Position numbers and translations under genes: made by a program
In this document: in pieces, positions 57,742 through 64,000 of the stretch
How the letters are laid out: each line of letters opens with the position of its first letter
Numbering within the stretch: the stretch's first letter is position 1
Source of the DNA: Methanomassiliicoccales archaeon
Lineage (GTDB): Archaea > Thermoplasmatota > Thermoplasmata > RBG-16-68-12 > SOIM01
Reading direction: 5' to 3'
Assembly: GCA_030593295.1 (NCBI GenBank)
Contig: JAUVHO010000001.1
Coordinates: 49,111-113,110 of the forward strand
DNA length: 64,000 nucleotides
Notes under the pieces: generated by a model
The model's database searches: none
Seen by the model: only the letters and a program-made list of their open reading frames with translations
What the model was told of the DNA's origin: nothing

Positions 57742-57926
57742 TGGCGACCCTCTGAAAAGACAGGAATCATAACAGAACTTCGACCAATGACGGCTGGGAA
57801 GGGATTTAGGACCCTTTGGGATTCCTTCATTTAACTTCTTTTGTCCGAGAGGAATTTGGTGAAATTCGATGAGGAGAGCGGGAGCTTTCTTCTCCTGCAA
57901 AGGAAAGTATTTTCAATCAATCGACA

Positions 57927-58355
57927 ATGCCAATTAAGATGACTGAGTTGAATGAGGACGAGAAGAGATTCGTTGACAGCGTGAGGGATGTGGTGACGGA
58001 GTTCCTGGAGACTCGTACAGAAGAAGACATCGACAACGGCGTTGGAGCCTTTGTCCTTTCCGGGAGCGGTTCGGTGTATCACGGAGTGCCAGTCGGTGCA
58101 GCAAGATGGATCCATGGAGAGGAGAACGCGATCGGCAACATGGTTACAAAGGAAGGCGTGACCTCAAGAGTGAAGATGATCGTGATCGTTGGAGGTGATG
58201 AGAACATATGCATGCCTTGCGGGATTTGCAGGACCTGGATACAGAAATTCGGCAACGAAGATACTTCAATTCTGGCCGGGAATCAGAAGCTGACCAAGGT
58301 CGAGAAGTTCACCATCGCTGAGCTCTATCCCCATGCGTATGAGGGTGGATTCTGA
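57927..58355 (+). CDS. Cytidine/deoxycytidylate deaminase-fold protein (Cdd-like)
   Basis: Zinc motifs 'HGEENAI' (H/C-A-E type) and 'PCGICRTW' (PCxxC), with 'ELYPHAY' near the C-terminus. Confidence 0.7.
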   Translation: MPIKMTELNEDEKRFVDSVRDVVTEFLETRTEEDIDNGVGAFVLSGSGSVYHGVPVGAARWIHGEENAIGNMVTKEGVTSRVKMIVIVGGDENICMPCGICRTWIQKFGNEDTSILAGNQKLTKVEKFTIAELYPHAYEGGF

Positions 58356-58397
58356 GCGTATATGCCTCAATAAGACATAAGTACTATAGCCACCATA

Positions 58398-58601
58398 TTG
58401 TACATAGATATTATGGCAACAACAGTAGCCCTTTCAGAAAACACCCGAGACAAATTAAAGTCATTCGGCAGGAAGGGGGACACATACGACGATATCATCT
58501 GTCGAATGATGGAGATCGTTGACAGAGAGTTATATCTTGACGAGGTTTACCGACGCCTCGAAGAGAAAGAGAAGTTCGTACCCCTGGACGAGTTGGAATG
58601 A
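58398..58601 (+). CDS. Putative antitoxin partner of RelE
   Basis: 67-aa ORF with an ATGA overlap to the toxin gene. It is homologous to 18070-18285 ('NTRDKLKSFGRKGDTYDDII'). Confidence 0.6.
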   Translation: MYIDIMATTVALSENTRDKLKSFGRKGDTYDDIICRMMEIVDRELYLDEVYRRLEEKEKFVPLDELE

Positions 58602-58876
58602 GCTATGAGATAAGAGTCCATCCCAAGGCCATAAAGAATCTCAGACGTTTGCCAGAAGATGCACAGAAACTGATAGGAGAGAAGCTCAGAGAGCTTTCGA
58701 AAAGTCTCAATAATCCCAAGTCCAAGTTGGATATCAGGAAAATGAGGGGAAAGAAGAAGGATCCTCAGTTATTCAGGTTGCGGGCAGGCGTTTACAGAGT
58801 TGTATTCGAATTCTCAGACGAGGTCATCTGGATTGCGAGAATTTCCCATAGGAGAGACTCGTATAGGGGGCTTTGA
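58598..58876 (+). CDS. RelE/ParE-family toxin
   Basis: 'FRLRAGVYRVVFEFSDEVIWIARISHRRDSY' is the RelE/ParE core. Confidence 0.8.
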   Translation: MSYEIRVHPKAIKNLRRLPEDAQKLIGEKLRELSKSLNNPKSKLDIRKMRGKKKDPQLFRLRAGVYRVVFEFSDEVIWIARISHRRDSYRGL

Positions 58877-58882
58877 GTTTTG

Positions 58883-59665
58883 ATGAAAGAGAAGTACCCC
58901 AGCACTGGGCATGAAACGGCTTCAAAAAAAATCGTGGATTTTTTCTCCGACGAGAAGACTGTGGAAGCCGTGATCCTCTACGGTTCATGTGCACGAGGGA
59001 AAGCCAGCAAGGACAGTTGCCTTGACATAATGGTCCTGGTATCTCCCGAAGCCTCTTCCATTGCCAGAGGTGAATTGGAGCAACGATGGAGTAATCTCTA
59101 TGAATCGGAAGAAGTCTTCAAGAAGCTTCTGAAGGTCGGGAGATATTCGCACGTTGATCTGAGTTTCATCGACGGTCAGTTCAAGCCACAACCTCGTGAC
59201 TGGACATCTGGGCCGGATGAGTTCGAATTAGAGATAGGCAACACCCTGGTCTACAGCGTTCCACTCTGGGAACGAGGTGATTACTTCAAGGAGTTGAAAG
59301 AGAATTGGCTGCCCTACTACGACGAAGAACTCAGAAGGAGAAGACTGGCCAAAGTTCGGAAGTATTGCCTCAATAATTTGGACCGTATTCCCTTGTTTGT
59401 CGACCGGGGCCTGTACTTCCAAGCTTTCAACCGATTCTACGATGCGTTTCGGGAGTTTCTGCAGGGCATATTCATCTCTCGGAGAATCTATCCTATTGCC
59501 TACGACAAATGGATCCGGGAGCAAATCGAGGAAATTCTGGGATTGCCAGAGCTATTCCAGCAACTGAAGGGGTTCCTTGAAGTGAAACGGCTTGACAGTC
59601 AGGAGCTTACCCAGAAAGCAGGAGAACTGGAGGGACTTGTTGAGAAATATATCACTAGGATCTAA
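58883..59665 (+). CDS. Pol-beta-superfamily nucleotidyltransferase with helical C-terminal domain (second catalytic carboxylate missing)
   Basis: 'ILYGSCARGKASKDSCLDIMVLV' has GS..RG, but the DxD/E position reads D-I-M. The gene starts 7 nt after the relE stop. Confidence 0.65.
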   Translation: MKEKYPSTGHETASKKIVDFFSDEKTVEAVILYGSCARGKASKDSCLDIMVLVSPEASSIARGELEQRWSNLYESEEVFKKLLKVGRYSHVDLSFIDGQFKPQPRDWTSGPDEFELEIGNTLVYSVPLWERGDYFKELKENWLPYYDEELRRRRLAKVRKYCLNNLDRIPLFVDRGLYFQAFNRFYDAFREFLQGIFISRRIYPIAYDKWIREQIEEILGLPELFQQLKGFLEVKRLDSQELTQKAGELEGLVEKYITRI

Positions 59666-59715
59666 TCCCCCTGGCCTCGTAACCCTTTTGTACTGCTGAC
59701 CCGCTTCCTTGAACA

Positions 59716-60498
59716 ATGGATCATGAATCTAAAGTGAGGGTCGCTGAAGAGATTGGAAAAACGGTCGGAGAGAAGTTTGGAAAAGGCATCCTTTACGGAT
59801 TTCTTTCCGGATCGGTGGCTCGTGGGGAGGATACTGAACTTTCTGATCTTGAAGTCGTCTTTGTCACGAAGGAGAAGATAAGGATTCCCGGGATGTCTTC
59901 AGATGGTTATCGTGAGTTCTTGCACAAGGACCTCCAGGTCCAGATTGAGTTTCGCACGAAGGATGAGGCTGAGGAAGCAGTCGTAGATATTGGACCATGC
60001 TGGCCAATCGAAGTTGCTTACTTTCTGAACCCGCAGATGATATTTGGTGATAAGGACATAGGAGAGATGATGGCATCCGAGTTCAGAAAGAAGGTCGATG
60101 GCCTTCCGGATTCGACATTTCAGAGGGCAGCTGGACATTCTCTTCTTTGGGTTCGTGATAGCTTTCGAAAAGTCCTGAACGCCTGTAATGATGAAGATGA
60201 GATTCGAGCCATTCAGTCAGCATCTGGAATGTGTGATGAGGCTTCCAAGTTGGTTGCTCTCGTGAATAGGCGCTATTACTACAGTGCAGACGCGCGAATG
60301 AGTGAGGAAAGTAAGTCCTTTTCCAAGCTTCCTTCTAGTTTCCATTCACTGTTAGAGCAGTTGACTCTGGCACGCGGCATTGATGATATTCGAGCAACAG
60401 CAACAGGTCTATGGTCAACATGCAAAGCCCTGGCCACTTCAGAAGAAATCGTGATCGAGAGCTATGAGAGCCTCAAGAACCTGAAGCTGGAACAATAG
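59716..60498 (+). CDS. Kanamycin-nucleotidyltransferase-like (KNTase/ANT(4')-fold) protein
   Basis: 'LSGSVARGEDTELSDLEVVFV' (GS..RG..DxE), then 'VQIEFRTKDEA' and a helical C-terminal domain. These align by eye with the KNTase segments 'SDIEMMCV' and 'VEVNFDSEE'. Confidence 0.7.
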   Translation: MDHESKVRVAEEIGKTVGEKFGKGILYGFLSGSVARGEDTELSDLEVVFVTKEKIRIPGMSSDGYREFLHKDLQVQIEFRTKDEAEEAVVDIGPCWPIEVAYFLNPQMIFGDKDIGEMMASEFRKKVDGLPDSTFQRAAGHSLLWVRDSFRKVLNACNDEDEIRAIQSASGMCDEASKLVALVNRRYYYSADARMSEESKSFSKLPSSFHSLLEQLTLARGIDDIRATATGLWSTCKALATSEEIVIESYESLKNLKLEQ

Positions 60499-60565
60499 AC
60501 CAGCAAACTGAATTCCGCCAACCATATAGACAAAACCTGAATAGAATACCATTACAGGAACCCGA

Positions 60566-60727
60566 ATGAGAAGACCATACACTCTTGAGAACGAATACTG
60601 GCAGTTCTTCGGCTATGGCGATGGATGGCTTCCAGCGAAGTGCGAAGAGTGCTATGAACTGCTCGATAAGAACATGAAGCCCAACACGCACTGCATCAAC
60701 TGCTGGAAACTGGAAGGGATGGTATGA
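60566..60727 (+). CDS. Possible 53-aa Cys/Trp-rich small protein (below the ORF-track cutoff)
   Basis: My own translation: 'MRRPYTLENEYWQFFGYGDGWLPAKCEECYELLDKNMKPNTHCINCWKLEGMV' with CxxC..CxxC. No clear Shine-Dalgarno sequence. Confidence 0.3.
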   Translation: MRRPYTLENEYWQFFGYGDGWLPAKCEECYELLDKNMKPNTHCINCWKLEGMV

Positions 60728-60871
60728 CCTGGACGAGGATTACGTGAAGTAATCGGTCCGACACACAAACATATTATATAACACCATAATACAGAATACC
60801 TCAGGTCAGTAGTTCGAGGAAGGGGGCGAGTTCAGCCTGTTCTTTCCTACAGCTGGATCAGGGGCGATCAC

Positions 60872-61579
60872 ATGATAAACTACATCCCATTGGTTGGAGC
60901 CATTGCGTCAGGCATCTTCATGGCCCTCCTGCTTAAGCAGTACTTGGTTAGAAGGAAGACTCACCAACTGCTTTGGTCCATTGGAGTAACATTATGGTTC
61001 ATTTTGATGGTCTTCGAGTTCCTATCTGCGGAAGAGTTGGCAGGGGGAAACGTATGGATGTACAAGCTGTTCTATGCCCTGGCGGCGGTCACCGTCGGTT
61101 TCATGGGCGCCGGCTCCCTCAGCTTGCTTGCTGGCAAACCCTGGGCCACGTACTTCACTGCCTATGTCATCGTGATCTCCGTCGTCCTCCTTGGTTTGGG
61201 GCTCACCGCGTCAATTGACGAGAGCCTCCTAACGGATGGCTACGAGAACATTGAAGGAGGAGCTGGCGGGGCCATGACAGTCCCCACCCGATACTTGACC
61301 CCGTTATTGACGGTGCCGGGAGGAATCCTCTTGATCGGGATAGCCCTTTACAGCTTCTGGAAGGACAGGTCGAGGTGGTATAATCTGTTCATTGCTGGGG
61401 GTGCGTTCCTTCCGACGATAGGAGGTGCCATGGCAAGAGCGGGTGACAATAGGTTCTTCTACGCCTTCGACACGATCGGGATCATACTGCTGTCAGTAGG
61501 TTTCTACGTGAGCATGACATACATCAAGAAAAGGGCAGAGGCCAGAATGGATGACGAGCCACAAGAAACAGAAAAATAG
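60872..61579 (+). CDS. Polytopic membrane protein, unknown function
   Basis: 235-aa ORF with about six hydrophobic helices and an acidic C-terminal tail. Confidence 0.6.
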   Translation: MINYIPLVGAIASGIFMALLLKQYLVRRKTHQLLWSIGVTLWFILMVFEFLSAEELAGGNVWMYKLFYALAAVTVGFMGAGSLSLLAGKPWATYFTAYVIVISVVLLGLGLTASIDESLLTDGYENIEGGAGGAMTVPTRYLTPLLTVPGGILLIGIALYSFWKDRSRWYNLFIAGGAFLPTIGGAMARAGDNRFFYAFDTIGIILLSVGFYVSMTYIKKRAEARMDDEPQETEK

Positions 61580-61621
61580 ATGAATTGAAATCAAGATGAC
61601 ATACGAGAAGGGGGAAGGGGA

Positions 61622-62662
61622 ATGGAACACAAGTACGCACCGCCGGTCCTGGTGAGTTTTGGTATAACAAGAGAATGCGACCTCAAGTGCCCTCACTGCT
61701 ACAGCGATTCGGGCGAGAAGGACCCCGAGGAACTGACGACCGAAGAAGCGAAACGGGTGATAAGCGAGATTGGGGAGCTGGGAGCCAAGATCATCATCAT
61801 GGATGGTGGAGAGCCTACTCTGAGAGGCGATCTGGTCGAACTCGTCGCCCACGCAAGCGCATCCGGAGTGAAGCCGGTCCTTGGTTCCAATGGAATGTCG
61901 TTGACCGAAGAACTCGTGCAGCAGCTCCTGGACGCAGGATGCCTTGGGGTTGCTATAAGCCTGGACGGGGCAAACAGTGAAACACACGATACGTTCAGAG
62001 GTCTGGAAGGCGGGTTCGACAGAACGATACAAGGGATGAAGAACTGCCACAAACTGGGACTGCCGTTCCAGGTCGCTCCTCTCATGTACCAGCAGAACTG
62101 GGAGCAACTGGAGGCCATCGTTTCCACGGCAAAGGACCTGAACGCGGATGCGGTGGAAATATTCGACTACGTGCCATCTGGAAGGGGAAGAGGAGAGAGC
62201 AAGTACGAGCTCTCGACCGACCAGAGGAAGGAGATCATCAATCAGGTCATTGGTTGGCAGTCAAAGGGGGACATCACCTACCGAGTCATAGCGCTACCGC
62301 AATACTGGGTGGACGTGGAGCGGAAGGTCCCTGAGGAAGAGGTCTTAGACAAGTATACCAGAAGTTGCTGCGCGGCCGGGACCAGATACATAACCATTCT
62401 CCCGAACGGGGACATCATCCCGTGCATGCTCCTGCAGGTGAAGTTGGGGAACGTGAAAGAGGACAGCCTGCTCGATGTGTGGTATGATTCTCCAATCCTC
62501 GAAGAACTCAGGGACAGGAACAACCTCAAAGGCAAATGCGGTCGCTGCAAGTACAAGATCTCATGCGCAGGTGCGCGATGCAAGGCATACGAGATGACTG
62601 GCGACATGATGGCTGAGGACCCGACGTGCTGGTTCTCGGAAGAAGTGATATCGGGGGAATGA
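61622..62662 (+). CDS. Radical SAM enzyme with C-terminal SPASM domain (NirJ/AhbD-like)
   Basis: 'ECDLKCPHCY' (CxxxCxxC), 'GGEPTL', and SPASM cysteines 'CCAAG..PCMLL' and 'GKCGRCKYKISCAGARCKAY..DPTC'. Confidence 0.9.
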   Translation: MEHKYAPPVLVSFGITRECDLKCPHCYSDSGEKDPEELTTEEAKRVISEIGELGAKIIIMDGGEPTLRGDLVELVAHASASGVKPVLGSNGMSLTEELVQQLLDAGCLGVAISLDGANSETHDTFRGLEGGFDRTIQGMKNCHKLGLPFQVAPLMYQQNWEQLEAIVSTAKDLNADAVEIFDYVPSGRGRGESKYELSTDQRKEIINQVIGWQSKGDITYRVIALPQYWVDVERKVPEEEVLDKYTRSCCAAGTRYITILPNGDIIPCMLLQVKLGNVKEDSLLDVWYDSPILEELRDRNNLKGKCGRCKYKISCAGARCKAYEMTGDMMAEDPTCWFSEEVISGE

Positions 62663-62916
62663 ACCTCTTGAAGTCCATGGAATGGGAAGGGAATGTGTGG
62701 GACGCCCTCAAGTATGCAGTAACTGGGATGCCGGTCTTTGTGAGGAAGGGGGCCCTGAGGAAGATCATCGAGGCCAGCGAGGAGAATGCGAGAAACAGAG
62801 ACTCTGAGATAGTTCAAGCACCAGACCTCATCTCAGCGGCCAAGGAAAAGGTCCCCAAGAGCGTCCAGAGCTCTTGCTTTACCGCTTTGCGTGAGTACGG
62901 AGTGAAGGTCGACTAA
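62659..62916 (+). CDS. Small protein resembling the protochlorophyllide-reductase BchB/ChlB C-terminal (PCP_red-like) domain
   Basis: 'W..DALKYAVTGMPVFVRKGALRKIIEASEENARNRDSEIVQAPDLISAAKEK' fits the W..EA...L..IP.FVR......IE..A pattern. ATGA overlap with the radical SAM gene's stop. Confidence 0.45.
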   Translation: MNLLKSMEWEGNVWDALKYAVTGMPVFVRKGALRKIIEASEENARNRDSEIVQAPDLISAAKEKVPKSVQSSCFTALREYGVKVD

Positions 62917-64000
62917 CGTTCTGTTTCTGTTTTCCTAAATGCGATCAGAAGGACCGCCCCTATGATTGAGACGATTACCGCTGACTGCAAGCCCACTCCA
63001 TAGGATGATACGCTGGCAATAAAGCCTGCGATGGGAGCACCAACCGCGACACCGGCGACCAGAAGAGCGTAGAAAACTCCCGAAGCCATACCGCGGACTT
63101 CTTTCTTAGTTCCGCGAACGACCATGGTTGAAGAGGACGGAAAGACCAGTCCATGCCCGACACCAAAGATCACCATGGCAGGGAGAAGCGAGGGCAACGT
63201 GTTGAAATATGGGATCATTAGCATTGCGATGGTGATGGCGATTAGCCCTGCCAGTGCCGGAACCTTCGCACCCATCTTGTCACAAAGGATGCCGCTGGGA
63301 TAGTGGATCATCACGGATAGAATGGCGAAGGTCGAGAAGGCGATGACAACTTCGGTCGGACCCATCCCTAAGTCTTTCATGTATAAGGGCACCAGAACCG
63401 TGAAGGCACCCATGAGGAAATAGAGGCTGAAAATGGAGGAATATGACAACAGGACCGCTTTGCGCCTGAGCATAGCGATGAAATCCCGCAGATCCTCACT
63501 GAACCTTGATTTCACCCTCTGGAAGCCTTCGGGCTCCTTCACCCGCAACGCGAAACCAACGGCGACGAACAACATGGCTGACAGCACGTAGAAGAAGGGA
63601 TGATATCCGAACCTGTCTATGACCATTCCACCGATGGCGAAGCCCACGATCACCGAGAGAGCCAAAGCCATGCCGTACTTGGCCATCATCCTGCCCTTCC
63701 TTTCCTCGGGAGCCATCCTGGAAGCCATGCCCATAGAAGATGGCCCGACGAAACCTCCGCCGAGACCGTGGGACATCCTGACGAGAAGCAGTTGAAATGG
63801 ATCCGCGGCCACGGTGTAAAGGAGTACACTCACAGCGTCCCAAGTGAGTCCGATAATGAAAGGAAACCTGAGCCCGATCTTGTCCGCGAGGCGGCCGAAG
63901 ACTATGTTGGCGGGAATGTGTACGATCGAGTACATGGCGACTATGATCCCTATGAGCAACGGATCGATGAGTGGATCCAAGTGGACCGCGTACAACGCAA
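62913..64000 (-). CDS. MFS transporter (5' end outside the window)
   Basis: More than ten TM helices and the loop motif 'GRLADKIGLRFP' near the visible N-terminus. The frame is open to the window edge. Confidence 0.85.
   Translation of the reverse strand, partial: ALYAVHLDPLIDPLLIGIIVAMYSIVHIPANIVFGRLADKIGLRFPFIIGLTWDAVSVLLYTVAADPFQLLLVRMSHGLGGGFVGPSSMGMASRMAPEERKGRMMAKYGMALALSVIVGFAIGGMVIDRFGYHPFFYVLSAMLFVAVGFALRVKEPEGFQRVKSRFSEDLRDFIAMLRRKAVLLSYSSIFSLYFLMGAFTVLVPLYMKDLGMGPTEVVIAFSTFAILSVMIHYPSGILCDKMGAKVPALAGLIAITIAMLMIPYFNTLPSLLPAMVIFGVGHGLVFPSSSTMVVRGTKKEVRGMASGVFYALLVAGVAVGAPIAGFIASVSSYGVGLQSAVIVSIIGAVLLIAFRKTETER

Overview
The window is an archaeal chromosomal fragment. Evidence: ribosomal protein L15e, a group II chaperonin (thermosome), an intein-free family B DNA polymerase, Cdc48, an NFACT protein, and AT-rich TATA boxes about 26 nt upstream of several start codons, which implies leaderless mRNAs. 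It is probably an uncultivated euryarchaeote or Thermoplasmatota-like lineage; this is inference only. About 70 genes are packed densely on both strands.

Core blocks:
- TPR protein, giant zinc-ribbon membrane protein, YchF-like GTPase, PolB and L15e (0-8.7 kb).
- ThiI-like protein, two TSUP permeases, a USP and an acyl-CoA ligase (8.8-14.2 kb).
- GlmM, GlmU-like enzyme and a GT4 glycosyltransferase (28.2-31.9 kb).
- An IMPase, NAD kinase and JAMM operon (31.9-33.9 kb).
- A long proteostasis run: thermosome, GrpE-DnaK-DnaJ, Cdc48, PRC barrel, NfeD-stomatin, HtpX and NFACT (34-51 kb).

Three stretches look AT-richer by eye and appear accessory.
1. 15.7-25.1 kb ends at tRNA-Leu(CAG). It holds small membrane/zinc-ribbon paralogs, a RelE toxin-antitoxin pair, a metzincin-like protease and a nuclease-like operon.
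2. 51.2-55.9 kb starts at tRNA-Thr(GGU). The 3' end of this tRNA is repeated twice downstream, and the repeats delimit two single-gene cassettes that encode paralogous secreted proteins. No integrase is present. This is the most unusual structure in the window.
3. 57.4-60.5 kb carries a bacterial-type RRM protein, a cytidine deaminase, a second RelE pair and two KNTase-like nucleotidyltransferases.

No CRISPR array, rRNA, transposase or integrase was recognised. All functional calls come from motif reading of the supplied translations; no database search was possible.
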